A DNA stretch of 64,000 nt from Thermodesulfobacteriota bacterium (GCA_964291405.2 OZ219926.1:1952001-2016000), one strand, 5' to 3'. Numbered from the stretch's first letter, positions 18,108 to 28,113 are shown. Notes: generated by a model from the sequence alone, not told the origin. A program made the numbers and translations.

Positions 18108-18299
18108 TTTACCCCACGCGAGGTTCGGAAGCAGGCGAACCTGACGCAAGCTCAGATGGCACCACTGATGGGCATGAGCCTGTCCGGCTACCGGAAATGG
18201 GAACAGGGGACACGGCGGGTCAGCGGCCCGGCCGCTACCCTGCTGCGTGTGCTCGAAAGGGAGCCGGAGGCGGTCAAGCGTGCATTGCTTGGCTCATAA
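18108..18299 (+). pseudogene. 3' half of a HigA/YiaG-type XRE HTH antitoxin
   Basis: TPREVRKQANLTQAQMAPLMGMSLSGYRKWEQGTRRVSGPAATLLRVLEREPEAVKRAL, lacking its native N-terminus. It could be expressed from GTG 18042. Confidence 0.75.
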
Positions 18300-18384
18300 G
18301 GACGGCTGACCGGGACCATCTGATACAAAACCGGGATATAAATCCTCATTATGAGAAGAGGCCATAGTAGCTATTACAGCTCTC

Positions 18385-18636
18385 ATGAAAGAAATGGCTG
18401 CCAGGGACGCCAAGAACCGCTTTAGCTATTTGCTGGATGCCGTGCAGAGGGCGCCCGTGCGTGTGACCAGGAAAGGCAGAGCGGTCGGCGTGATGATGTC
18501 GGTGCAACACTATGAGCGCCTTCGCGGCGCTGCCTGGGAACGTCTGACGATGACGATGGACGCTTTGGGAGAGGAGGCATCCGCGAGCGGCTTGACGGAG
18601 GCCAAGCTCAAGGCGCTTCTCGCGGATAAGAACTGA
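18385..18636 (+). CDS. Phd/YefM family antitoxin (orphan)
   Basis: AARDAKNRFSYLLDAVQRAPVRVTRKGRAVGV. Confidence 0.88.
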   Translation: MKEMAARDAKNRFSYLLDAVQRAPVRVTRKGRAVGVMMSVQHYERLRGAAWERLTMTMDALGEEASASGLTEAKLKALLADKN

Positions 18637-18657
18637 GACTATCGTTCCCGACACCAA

Positions 18658-18693
18658 TTAGTCCACAATACGTACCTCGTGCCCGCTGCATAC
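18658..18693 (-). repeat. Duplicate of the 3' end of the EthD gene (direct repeat with 19493-19528)
   Basis: CCACAATACG(T/C)ACCTCGTGCCCGCTGCATAC at 18663-18693 and 19498-19528, encoding VCSGHEVRIVD* vs VCSGHEVRIVG*. Confidence 0.85.
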
Positions 18694-18761
18694 GCCTGTA
18701 AGGTCATTGTCCCACAAGGCACTACGGTCTATTGTAGCCGTAGTGGTTCACCTTGAGGGAT

Positions 18762-19007
18762 ATGATGCACGAGGTTCAATTACGCGACGCAAAGGCTAGA
18801 CTCTCAGCGCTGGTAGAAGGTGCGGCCCATGGAGAGACGACGATCATCACTCGCTACGGCAAACCTCGGGCCGTCATCCTTGGAATCGATGAGTGGAATC
18901 GTCTCTGCAAAGTGCCGTCCTTTGGCCGATTGCTGCTCTCTGCACCACTGGAGGACGGGGACCTGCCGCCGCGTGACATGAGCCCGTCACGGGACGCGGC
19001 ACTCTAG
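18762..19007 (+). CDS. Phd/YefM family antitoxin (VapB role)
   Basis: VQLRDAKARLSALVEGAAHGETTIITRYGKPRAV, upstream of a PIN toxin. Confidence 0.88.
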   Translation: MMHEVQLRDAKARLSALVEGAAHGETTIITRYGKPRAVILGIDEWNRLCKVPSFGRLLLSAPLEDGDLPPRDMSPSRDAAL

Positions 19008-19016
19008 GAACGATTC

Positions 19017-19457
19017 TTGTACCTGGTCGATACCAATGTACTGTCGGTTGGGGCTCCCGGCCGGGTGGGTCGGTCCACGACATTGATCGACTGGATGGAG
19101 ACGCATTCGAGCAGGCTTTTCCTGTCGGTCGTCACCGTGGCCGAGATTGCCGACGGGGTGGCCAAGCTGAAACGGACCAGGTCCGCCGCCAGGGCTGCTG
19201 CCATTGAGGACTGGCTCCAACTTGTGCTCCGTCTCTATGGCAGTCGCGTGCTGGCATTTGATGCTGCCGCAGCCCGGCTGGCGGGGGAACTGACAGATAA
19301 GGCGCGAGCGGCGGGTCATGCTCCTGGCTTTGCCGATATCGCCATCGCGGCTACAGCCGAAAGCCATGGCCTGACGATCCTGACGCGCAACCTGCGCCAC
19401 TTTATGCCGCTCGGCGTCCCGGCAACCGATCCCTTTGCTGGATTACCCCGCTCCTGA
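19017..19457 (+). CDS. vapC: VapC PIN-domain toxin
   Basis: YLVDTNVLS, SVVTVAEI, DIAIAATA and LTRNLRHF motifs. Confidence 0.92.
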   Translation: MYLVDTNVLSVGAPGRVGRSTTLIDWMETHSSRLFLSVVTVAEIADGVAKLKRTRSAARAAAIEDWLQLVLRLYGSRVLAFDAAAARLAGELTDKARAAGHAPGFADIAIAATAESHGLTILTRNLRHFMPLGVPATDPFAGLPRS

Positions 19458-19492
19458 CAACAAGCAGGACCATCTCATATTACTGAGGGCCA

Positions 19493-20161
19493 TCAGCCCA
19501 CAATACGCACCTCGTGCCCGCTGCATACCAGCATGGGCTCGACCAGCTCGCCGAAACCGTCCGGCTCATAGCCCTGGATGTCGGCGAAGGTGGCGTTGGG
19601 GTGATCGATGCAGATTTGCGCCACACCGTCGTAGGCGCGCTCTCGCTTAGCATCGTCCAGGGCAACCAGGTCCACGGAATAACGCACCGCGTCCGGCGTA
19701 TTATTGATGGCCGCGACAACGTTCGGCACATGGACGTTCAGCCAGTAGTCGTCCAGATGGGCGCGCTCAATGCCCTGGCGTCGCTTGATAAAGAAGACGA
19801 GCTTGGTGGTGTCGCGGGTCGTCGGCCCGTCAACGTTGAGATGCTCGGTCACAAACAGATTGCAGCCCGGCTGTATGGTGGCATAGGTGCTGAATTTGTC
19901 GGCGTCGATATTGGGTGGGGCCTGCTGGCCGATCGTAGTCTCAAAATGTTCCCTGTCCCGGAACCACAACTCGGCCATACCGTCCGGCGGACGGCTGTCC
20001 GCATCGGCACCGTCCGAGGGCGGATCAAAGAAGGTGATGCGATAGCGTTCCGGCTTGACCAGCGAAACAACGTGCGGGGCGTGCACATGCTCCCAGACGT
20101 GCACCAACTCGTCATGCGAAACATGCTCCAGACGCCGAACAGCGCCCATAAACTTTAACAT
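19493..20161 (-). CDS. Two-domain EthD family protein
   Basis: Two W..VH.P helices and DGMAELWF / YDGVAQI motifs. ATG 20161 follows AGGAGG. Confidence 0.8.
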   Translation of the reverse strand: MLKFMGAVRRLEHVSHDELVHVWEHVHAPHVVSLVKPERYRITFFDPPSDGADADSRPPDGMAELWFRDREHFETTIGQQAPPNIDADKFSTYATIQPGCNLFVTEHLNVDGPTTRDTTKLVFFIKRRQGIERAHLDDYWLNVHVPNVVAAINNTPDAVRYSVDLVALDDAKRERAYDGVAQICIDHPNATFADIQGYEPDGFGELVEPMLVCSGHEVRIVG

Positions 20162-20171
20162 GGGTTCCTCC

Positions 20172-21026
20172 TTAGAAGCGTGCCTGGGGTACGGGCAGCC
20201 CAGGGATATCCGAACGCGTCCGAAAGACGCTGCCCTTGAGCTCGCGTTGATCGTTGTTGGCGGTGACCACGTACAGGTCCGACATGTCGGGCCCGCCAAA
20301 GGCCACGCTGGTGACCGTTTTGGCCGGCACCTTAATGCGTTGATCGACCGTGCCGTCCGGCTTGAAGCGTACGATTTCACCCCGCCCGGCCACCGTGGCG
20401 ACCCACACTCCGCCTTCGACATCAACGGTCATGCCGTCGGGCATGCCCTCGGGGAGCTGCGCGAACAGTTGGCGGTCACTGACCGTGCGGTCGGCCCGCA
20501 CCTCATAGGCCCAGACGGCCTTGGTGGTGGAATCACAGTGGTAGAGCAGCTTGCGGTCCGGACTGAAGCCCAGGCCGTTGGTCACCTCGACCCCCTCCCA
20601 GAGGTGCGTCACCTGGCCCGGCGGGTCAATGCGGAAGAGCGAGCCCGGTGGCGGCGTACTCTTGAAATCAAAGGTATGAATATCGCAGCCAAACGAACCG
20701 ACCCAGATACTGCCCTGGTCATCCATGGTGAGGTCGTTCAGGCCGAACAGCGGCTTTCCCTGCCATTCGGCAAAGATATCCCGCAGCGCGCCGGACTGCT
20801 CATCCCAGTGCGCCAGAGACAGACCCGTCACCAGGATGCCGCCGCCCGCGTTCAAGGCGATGCCGCCAACAAACTTCCGATCCGCTATTAAGGTTTCAAT
20901 CTCGCCGTTGGGGCTGCGCCGGAAGACACCGCCGCCGCGCACATCGCTGTAATAGAGCCGATTCTGCTCATCGGTCCGTGGCCCCTCAACGAGTCCGTAG
21001 CCGCTGGCCAAGGTTTCGAATTCCAT
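20172..21026 (-). CDS. SMP-30/gluconolactonase/LRE family protein
   Basis: EGP, LNDLTMD, NGLGFSPD, PDGMTVDVEG and FGGPDMSDLYV motifs. Confidence 0.92.
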   Translation of the reverse strand: MEFETLASGYGLVEGPRTDEQNRLYYSDVRGGGVFRRSPNGEIETLIADRKFVGGIALNAGGGILVTGLSLAHWDEQSGALRDIFAEWQGKPLFGLNDLTMDDQGSIWVGSFGCDIHTFDFKSTPPPGSLFRIDPPGQVTHLWEGVEVTNGLGFSPDRKLLYHCDSTTKAVWAYEVRADRTVSDRQLFAQLPEGMPDGMTVDVEGGVWVATVAGRGEIVRFKPDGTVDQRIKVPAKTVTSVAFGGPDMSDLYVVTANNDQRELKGSVFRTRSDIPGLPVPQARF

Positions 21027-21183
21027 ACGCTCCCTCCTTGTGTGTGGCCGCCCTCGTGAACAGCCGCCTGATGGGGCGAGGGTAATAGCTCCGAGGACGG
21101 AAGACAATGGGCGGGCGGCCACAGACAAAGCCGCCGACTTTGTATAAGGTGCGCCTCTACATCTGTCATCACGACACTATCCG

Positions 21184-22506
21184 ATGCGGCAAAAAGAATT
21201 TCCCTTTTATTATGGTTGGGCGGTGGTGGCCGTGGCCTTTATTACGCTGGCCATTGGCGTGAACACGCGCACGACCTTTTCCTTGTTGTTTCCGCCCATT
21301 CTGGAGGAATTCGGTTGGGACCGGGGCAGTACGGCCGCGGCCTTTTCTTGCGGTTTTCTGGCGGCAACCGTGTACGCTCCCATGGTCGGTATGCTCATGG
21401 ATCGCTGGGGACCGCGCCTGGTTATCCCGCTGGGTGCGGTGCTGGTCAGCAGCGGCATGGTGGCGATTACCCTGGTTTCTCAGCCGTGGCACCTGTATCT
21501 CACCTTCGGCATCCTGGTTGGTGGCGCGAGTACCTCCATCAGCTATCTCGGTCACTCCCTGTTTTTACCCTACTGGTTTGTACGGCGCCGTGGCCTGGCC
21601 CTGGGGATTGCCTTTTCCGGGGTGGGTGTCGGTTCCATTCTGCTCTTTCCGTGGATCCAAAGCATTATTGACCAGGCCGGCTGGCGTGAGGCGTGTTGGG
21701 TGGTGGCTGGGACCCTGATAGTGATCGTGTTTCCGTTGAACGTGATCCTGCAACGCCGGCGGCCCGAGGACCTCGGCTTGGCACCCGACGGAGACCACGC
21801 CCCGCACGCTGCTCACGGTGCGCAGCGCCCGGCTGACAATATCGTGGACCACGCCTGGGCCGCAACGGATTGGACCCTGGCCCGCGCCATACGCACCTCC
21901 CGTTTCTGGTGGCTGGGCGCCGCTTTCTTCAGCAGTCTGTACGCCTGGTACGCCATCCAGGTGCATCAAACCAAATACCTGACCGATAGCGGCTTTTCAT
22001 CCGAGGCGGCGGCCTTTGCCCTGGGCTTGGTTGGACTGACCTCCTGTGGCGGTCAGATTGGGCTGGGCCTGCTCTCCGACCGAATCGGACGTGAATGGGT
22101 CTGGACTATCAGCATGATGGGTTTTGTCCTGTGCTACGTCATCCTGCTCGGCATGCCTGAGCAGCCCAGTCTGGTGCTGTTATACGCCATGGTCGCGGCC
22201 CAGGGCGTATTGGGCTACGGGACTGTCTCGGTGTTCGGAGCCATCCCAGCCGAGATTTTTCAGGGCAAACAGTACGGCCGCATCTACGGCACGCTGACCA
22301 TTGCCGGCAGTCTGGGCGGCGGGACCGGGCCCTGGGTGACCGGTCTGCTCTTTGACCGCACCGGGAGTTATACGGTTGCCTTCTGGATTGCGCTGGCGTT
22401 TGCCTTTATCTCCATTGGCAGCATGTGGATGGCCGGTCCGCGCAAGGTGCGTGTGGTGGCCGGTCAGGTGAAGCATCTGGCCGCGCGGCGGGCTCTGGCG
22501 GAATAG
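21184..22506 (+). CDS. MFS transporter (MCT/OFA-like)
   Basis: About 12 hydrophobic segments; GMLMDRWGPR and GLLSDRIGR motif A. Confidence 0.93.
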   Translation: MRQKEFPFYYGWAVVAVAFITLAIGVNTRTTFSLLFPPILEEFGWDRGSTAAAFSCGFLAATVYAPMVGMLMDRWGPRLVIPLGAVLVSSGMVAITLVSQPWHLYLTFGILVGGASTSISYLGHSLFLPYWFVRRRGLALGIAFSGVGVGSILLFPWIQSIIDQAGWREACWVVAGTLIVIVFPLNVILQRRRPEDLGLAPDGDHAPHAAHGAQRPADNIVDHAWAATDWTLARAIRTSRFWWLGAAFFSSLYAWYAIQVHQTKYLTDSGFSSEAAAFALGLVGLTSCGGQIGLGLLSDRIGREWVWTISMMGFVLCYVILLGMPEQPSLVLLYAMVAAQGVLGYGTVSVFGAIPAEIFQGKQYGRIYGTLTIAGSLGGGTGPWVTGLLFDRTGSYTVAFWIALAFAFISIGSMWMAGPRKVRVVAGQVKHLAARRALAE

Positions 22507-22582
22507 AAAAAGCTGGTCCTGGGAGAAACCCGCTCTCCCGAGTTTACCTTGATTCTCCAGATACAATATGTACAGTGTACAT

Positions 22583-22876
22583 ATGGATGAGTTGCGGTTT
22601 GAGTGGGATGGGCGGAAAAACAAGGGAAACATCAGAAAGCATGGGGTCGCCTTTGAGGAAGCCCGAACGGCTTTCTTCGATGAGAACGCGATCCAGTTTT
22701 TTGATCCGGATCATTCCGAAGAGGAAGATCGTTTTATCCTGCTTGGGATGAGCTTCAAGCTGCGGGTTCTCGTTGTCTGCCATTGTTTCCTCGAAAGTGA
22801 GACGACGATACGCATCATCTCTGCAAGAAAGGCTGACAGAGCTGAGGAGCAGGATTACTGGAGGCGACAGACATGA
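22583..22876 (+). CDS. brnT: BrnT toxin
   Basis: FEWDGRKNKGNIRKHGVAFEEA..EDRFILLG..IRIISARKA. Confidence 0.93.
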   Translation: MDELRFEWDGRKNKGNIRKHGVAFEEARTAFFDENAIQFFDPDHSEEEDRFILLGMSFKLRVLVVCHCFLESETTIRIISARKADRAEEQDYWRRQT

Positions 22877-23091
22877 GAGACCATTATGACTTCTCAAAAA
22901 TGAAGGGGCGGAAAAACCCGTACCTCAAGCATCTCAAACAGCCAGTGACCATGCGACTGGACCGGGACACGATTGCCTACTTTAAGTCTCTGGCCGAGGA
23001 AGTAGGCATTCCATATCAAAGCCTCATTAATTTGTACCTGCGTGACTGTGCCATGAATGAACGCAAACTCCGCATGAAGTGGGCCCCGTAG
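22873..23091 (+). CDS. brnA: BrnA antitoxin
   Basis: YDFSKMKGRKNPY..VTMRLD..YFK..GIPYQSLINLYL. ATGA overlap with brnT. Confidence 0.92.
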   Translation: MRDHYDFSKMKGRKNPYLKHLKQPVTMRLDRDTIAYFKSLAEEVGIPYQSLINLYLRDCAMNERKLRMKWAP

Positions 23092-23169
23092 GTCTTCGCC
23101 TTTCCGACCTTGACTGCCCAAATGATATGTGAGGGCGTGGACCGTCGATCGGGGGAGCGAGAGTGTACC

Positions 23170-23967
23170 TCACCGGCTCAACGCACCGCCGTTATTTTGA
23201 ATCGTAAAGCCGCCGTCAACAACCAGCGTGGCTCCGTTGATGTATGACGCGGCCGGCAGGACGAGGCTCAGGGTTGCGTGGGCGACTTCTTCCGGGTCGC
23301 CGTAACGCCTGAGCGGCACGCGCCGGCGGGCAAAGATGTCTTTTGCCTTGTCCGGGATGGCGGCGGTCAGGCCGGTATGAATCGCGCCCGGACAAATGCA
23401 GTTGACGGTGACACCCTGGGTCGCCAGTTCCACCGCCAGCGCCCTGGTGAGGCCCATAACGCCATGCTTCGCCGCAGTATAGGGGCTGGCAAAGGCGCTG
23501 CCGCCGACCGCTTCGGTCGAAGCGATATTCACGATCCGGCCGGCCCCGCTTTTCGTGAGATGCGGCAGGGCGGCGCGAATGAGACGCTGGTGGGCCGTCA
23601 GATTCACACTGAAACAGCGCTCCCAGACCTCTTCGTATCGGCTGCTCTGAATACGGGCGGAGGCATCGATACCGGCATTATTGACCAGAATGTCGAGCCC
23701 GCCGAAATGTTCGACGATCCGGGTCAGCGTCGGTTCGATCTCCGCAGCGTTGGCGAGGTCCAGGGTCCACCCCATGGCCGTTCCACCGGCTTGGGCAATC
23801 TCCTCGACGACTCGGGCAACGCCTTCCGTGTTTCTGTCCAAAACGGCAACCTGAGCCTCTTCGTCTGCAAAGAGATGGGCGGTTGCCCGTCCCATGCCGC
23901 TGGCGGCCCCGGTCACCAGCGCAATTTTTCCTTTGATTGAGCGACTCAGCTTACTCAGGCGTGGCAT
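23170..23967 (-). CDS. Short-chain dehydrogenase/reductase
   Basis: TGAASGMG, NNAG and YTAAK motifs. Confidence 0.93.
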   Translation of the reverse strand: MPRLSKLSRSIKGKIALVTGAASGMGRATAHLFADEEAQVAVLDRNTEGVARVVEEIAQAGGTAMGWTLDLANAAEIEPTLTRIVEHFGGLDILVNNAGIDASARIQSSRYEEVWERCFSVNLTAHQRLIRAALPHLTKSGAGRIVNIASTEAVGGSAFASPYTAAKHGVMGLTRALAVELATQGVTVNCICPGAIHTGLTAAIPDKAKDIFARRRVPLRRYGDPEEVAHATLSLVLPAASYINGATLVVDGGFTIQNNGGALSR

Positions 23968-24130
23968 GTTTTGTGGCTCCTTTTGTCCCTCTCATCCATC
24001 CCGTCCATACTTATCTGTGGCCGGATCGATACAAAAGGCTCCAGCGGCGTCGGATTCCGTCGCGCACGCCCCTTTCTTGTCTTGCTCTTCGGTCTCATCC
24101 CGAGTACACATGCCAGCGAGGAGGGGAGTG

Positions 24131-25132
24131 ATGAAATATCGAGCCATGGCATTGCCGGTAAGCATGATCCTCGTGACTACTCTCATGCTGGAACGTCCAA
24201 GCGTCGCTCGTGCGGCAGACCCCCTCCCCCAGCTCACGGCGGCGACGCTGGAGCAGTGGATGGCCAGCCTCTCGAATTGGGGACGCTGGGGAGAGGACGA
24301 TCAGCTCGGCACGCTCAATCTGATTACCTCCAAGAAACGGCGTCAGGCCGCCACGCTGGTGACCGAGGGCGTCTCGGTTTCTCTGGCCTTTGACCTGGCG
24401 AAAGAGGCCGGCACCAATAATGAGTTCCCGCTTGAGCATAGCCTCCTGGTGCATGATGACGACGGCAACGTCTTTGCCGAGGATATCTATACGATCCGGT
24501 ATCACGGCTTTGCCCATTCGCATGTGGATGCGCTGTGTCATATTTTCCATCAGGGCAAGATGTACAATGGCTTCCCGCGTTCGGCGGTCAAACCTTCGGG
24601 CTCGGAGCAACTCGGCGTACAGACCATGCACCAAGGGATTTTCACCCGCGGTATCCTGGTGGATATCCCCTGGTTAAAGGATGTGCCTTATCTCGAACCG
24701 AGTACCGCGGTCCGCGTCGAAGACCTGGAAGCCTGGGAGCAAAAGACCGGCATACAGATCGAGAGCGGCGATGTACTGCTGGTGCGTACCGGACTGTACA
24801 AACGATACCGGGAGGTCGGCTCCTGGGACCTCACCCAGGGGGCTGCAGGCCTGCACGTTGCGGTCGTCCCCTGGCTCAAGGCGCGCGACGTGGCAACGGT
24901 TGGCTCCGACGGCACGAATGAAGTCTTCCCGTCCGAGATTGAGGGTATGCCGTTTCCTATTCATCGCCTGGCCGTGGTCGCCCTGGGCATGCCGCTGTTG
25001 GATAACCTGAACCTCGAAGACCTGGCCCGCGAAGCGCAGGCACGCCAGCGCTGGACCTTTCTCTTTGTGGCCGCGCCCCTGCGGGTCCCTGGCGGAACGG
25101 GCTCGCCGCTCAACCCGCTAGCCCTGTTTTAA
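24131..25132 (+). CDS. Cyclase family (kynurenine formamidase-like) metallohydrolase with probable signal peptide
   Basis: NWGRWGEDDQLGTLN, HSHVDALCH, GDVLLVRTG and GGTGSPLNP motifs. Confidence 0.9.
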   Translation: MKYRAMALPVSMILVTTLMLERPSVARAADPLPQLTAATLEQWMASLSNWGRWGEDDQLGTLNLITSKKRRQAATLVTEGVSVSLAFDLAKEAGTNNEFPLEHSLLVHDDDGNVFAEDIYTIRYHGFAHSHVDALCHIFHQGKMYNGFPRSAVKPSGSEQLGVQTMHQGIFTRGILVDIPWLKDVPYLEPSTAVRVEDLEAWEQKTGIQIESGDVLLVRTGLYKRYREVGSWDLTQGAAGLHVAVVPWLKARDVATVGSDGTNEVFPSEIEGMPFPIHRLAVVALGMPLLDNLNLEDLAREAQARQRWTFLFVAAPLRVPGGTGSPLNPLALF

Positions 25133-25178
25133 GATAAGGATGTTTTAGGCTGATGATGCAAGGCCGCGGAGGTTCATT

Positions 25179-25856
25179 GTGTTGAGCGTCGAAACAATAC
25201 GGAACGCCCTGAAGAGGGAACGTGTCCTTCAAATCTCCTCTGAGAAAGTTGGACACGTTTCCCCTTTGGCCGCTCGTCAGCCTACGCCCGGTCGTCTCAA
25301 TGCTGATCGCAGTTGTGCCGCGGTAGCCCTGATACTCGCGGGGCCGGAGGACAATCCCGAGCTGTGCGTGATCCGGCGAGCCGAAAAATCGGGCGATCCC
25401 TGGTCGAGCCATATGGCCCTTCCGGGTGGACGCTATTCTCCCGAGGATGCCGACCTTCGCGTCACGGCCGAGCGTGAAACGCGCGAAGAAGTTGGCCTGC
25501 ACCTGGACCCGGCCCACCGTCTGGGGTCGCTTGCCCCCCTCTCCATCTGGCTGAGCGGACGGGAACAGCCCCTGGCCCTGTTTCCTGCGGTCTATTATCT
25601 GGGACCAACCATTCCGACATTGACGCTGAATCATGAGGTCGCCGCGGCCTACTGGATGCCGCTGTCGCATCCCTGGGAGGCCGAGAACGCCACTCACCTC
25701 AAGCTGTCTGCGGACGGCAAGACGCTCTACTATCCGGCGATTCGTCTTCAGGACCAAGTGATTTGGGGTATCACCCTACGCGTCCTGACCCTGTTCTCCG
25801 ACGTGCTGGGCCGCCCCTTGCCGCATTTGGAAGAAATTCCGGGACTCGGGCACTAG
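25179..25856 (+). CDS. Nudix CoA pyrophosphatase
   Basis: ALPGGR..TAERETREEVG Nudix box and IWGIT. Confidence 0.9.
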   Translation: MLSVETIRNALKRERVLQISSEKVGHVSPLAARQPTPGRLNADRSCAAVALILAGPEDNPELCVIRRAEKSGDPWSSHMALPGGRYSPEDADLRVTAERETREEVGLHLDPAHRLGSLAPLSIWLSGREQPLALFPAVYYLGPTIPTLTLNHEVAAAYWMPLSHPWEAENATHLKLSADGKTLYYPAIRLQDQVIWGITLRVLTLFSDVLGRPLPHLEEIPGLGH

Positions 25857-25881
25857 CCCGTCCATGTCAAAGGAGGGAAGC

Positions 25882-28113
25882 ATGGAAATTGTTGGTTATG
25901 CCGATCAGTTCAGTGTCGCACCGGGGGAGACCGTTCGATTTCATGTGAGCTGTATGCAGCCCACCTACCAGGCCGACATTGTGCGTTTGATCCATGGCGA
26001 CCCCAACCCAAAGGGCCCGGGCTTCAAAGAGGAACTCGTTGCAACACCGGTCAGCGGCGAGTATCCGGGCCGTCGCCAGGATATCCACACCGGCTCACAC
26101 GTTCTCGTGCCCGATACGCCGCTGCTGGGTCTGCGCGACGGCTTCACCCTGCACGCCTGGATATATCCCACAACCCCACAAAAAGGTGTGCAGGGCATTC
26201 TCACCAAGTGGTCCGAGGCGGAAGGCGGCTATGGTCTGGTGCTCGACGAGGGTGGGGTCTTGGCCGTGTGGCTGACTGACCCGTCAGGGCGCACCGAGCA
26301 GGTACGGATCAATACCCCGCTCCGCTCCGTGGACTGGTATTTTGTGGCGGCCACGTTTGACACTCGCAGCGGTCAGATCGCCGTGTATCAGGAGCCGCTG
26401 CGCACGTGGCCACAGGACCAGACCCGGGCGACCGCAACGGCCACGACCCAACTCCAGGCCACCCCCACGACTCCGGTCGATTGCGTGATGGCCGGCCTGT
26501 GGCAGACGGGCGAGGACGGCGAGTCCCGCGTTGGCCGCCATTTTAACGGCAAGATCGACCGCCCGGGGGTGTTCCGGCGAGCCCTGAGTCGGGACGAGTT
26601 GCTCTCGCTCCAGCGCGGAGCCTCGCCGCTGGCCTTTGGCGATGATCTCGTCGCGGCCTGGGATTTTTCGGCCGAGGTTGCCTCCGACACCGTCATCGAC
26701 ACCTCACCCCACGGTTTACACGGCCGAGCGGTCAACATGCCCGCCCGGGCCATGACCGGTTATAACTGGAGCGGACAGGAGACGGATTTCCGCAATACTC
26801 CACACGAGTACGGCGCGATTCATTTTCATGACGACGACCTTGAAGACGCCGGCTGGCAGGTCGATTTTAGCTGGACGCTGCCGGTCGAGTGTCGAAGCGG
26901 GGTGTATGCCGCGCGCCTGCGGACCGAGGGCGGCGAAGACCACATTCCGTTTTTTATCCGTCCGCCACGGGGCCGGGCCACCGCGGACATTGCCTTCCTG
27001 GCCCCGACCAACAGTTATCTGGCTTATGCCAACGAGCAACTCACCACCCTGCCGCCGGCACTGTTTCCCAATCGAAAGCAGGGCGAGCTTGCACCGGACG
27101 ACCACTACATCAGAGAGAACCACTTGCTGAGCCTGTACGACAGTCATGCCGATGGCAGCGGGGTGTGTTATTCCAGCCGTCTGCGGCCCATCATCAATAT
27201 GCGCCCGCGCTACCACATGCGGGCGCTCAACTGCCCCCATCAGCTTCCCGCGGACCTGCACCTGATCGACTGGCTCGAGGCCAAGGGCCACGCCTATGAC
27301 GTGATTACCGACGAAGACCTGCATGCCGAGGGCCTGGACCTGCTCGCCCCGTACAAGGTCATCATCACCGGCAGCCATCCCGAGTACTGGTCCGGGCCGA
27401 TGCTGGACGCTTTGGAAACCTATCTGAACACCGGCGGGCGGCTGATGTATTTGGGCGGCAACGGGTTTTACTGGATCACCTCGTTTGCTCCCGGTCGCCC
27501 CCACGTGGTTGAGGTTCGACGCCGGGTCGGCACCCGGAGCTGGCATGCCAGGCCCGGCGAATACCACCACAGCACCACCGGCGAACCCGGCGGCCTCTGG
27601 CGGGACCGGGGCCGAACACCCCAGCGCCTGGTCGGTGTCGGTTTCACCACCCAGGGCTTTGATAACAGCGCGCCATACGAGCGTAAGTCCGACAGCTTTG
27701 ATCCGCGTGCGGCGTTTATTTTTGAGGGGATTAGCGACGAAGAAGCCATTGGCGACTTCGAGTCCCTGGTCCTCAACTACGGGGCGGCCGGTTTCGAGTT
27801 GGACCGGGCCGAACGTTCCCTGGGAACACCGGCCCACGCCCTGGTGTTAGCCTCCTCCTCCGGCCATTCGGACTCCTATCAGCATGTGATTGAAGAGGTC
27901 TTGCTGAGCGACTCGCAACAGGGCGGCACCGTCAATCCCAGGGTCCGGGCCGATATGGTGTATTTTGAATACCCCCAGGGTGGAGCAGTTTTTTCGGCCA
28001 GTTCTATCGCCTGGGACGGAGCCTTGTCTCACAACCAGTATGAGAACACCGTCTCGCGCATTACCGATAACGTCCTGCGCCGCTTCGCCGCCGAGGGGCC
28101 GCTGAGCGAGTGA
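25882..28113 (+). CDS. N,N-dimethylformamidase large-subunit family protein (LamG plus DMFase domain)
   Basis: IVRLIHGDPNP, AIHFHDDDL, YLAYANE, GSHPEYWS and YLGGNGFYW motifs. Confidence 0.9.
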   Translation: MEIVGYADQFSVAPGETVRFHVSCMQPTYQADIVRLIHGDPNPKGPGFKEELVATPVSGEYPGRRQDIHTGSHVLVPDTPLLGLRDGFTLHAWIYPTTPQKGVQGILTKWSEAEGGYGLVLDEGGVLAVWLTDPSGRTEQVRINTPLRSVDWYFVAATFDTRSGQIAVYQEPLRTWPQDQTRATATATTQLQATPTTPVDCVMAGLWQTGEDGESRVGRHFNGKIDRPGVFRRALSRDELLSLQRGASPLAFGDDLVAAWDFSAEVASDTVIDTSPHGLHGRAVNMPARAMTGYNWSGQETDFRNTPHEYGAIHFHDDDLEDAGWQVDFSWTLPVECRSGVYAARLRTEGGEDHIPFFIRPPRGRATADIAFLAPTNSYLAYANEQLTTLPPALFPNRKQGELAPDDHYIRENHLLSLYDSHADGSGVCYSSRLRPIINMRPRYHMRALNCPHQLPADLHLIDWLEAKGHAYDVITDEDLHAEGLDLLAPYKVIITGSHPEYWSGPMLDALETYLNTGGRLMYLGGNGFYWITSFAPGRPHVVEVRRRVGTRSWHARPGEYHHSTTGEPGGLWRDRGRTPQRLVGVGFTTQGFDNSAPYERKSDSFDPRAAFIFEGISDEEAIGDFESLVLNYGAAGFELDRAERSLGTPAHALVLASSSGHSDSYQHVIEEVLLSDSQQGGTVNPRVRADMVYFEYPQGGAVFSASSIAWDGALSHNQYENTVSRITDNVLRRFAAEGPLSE

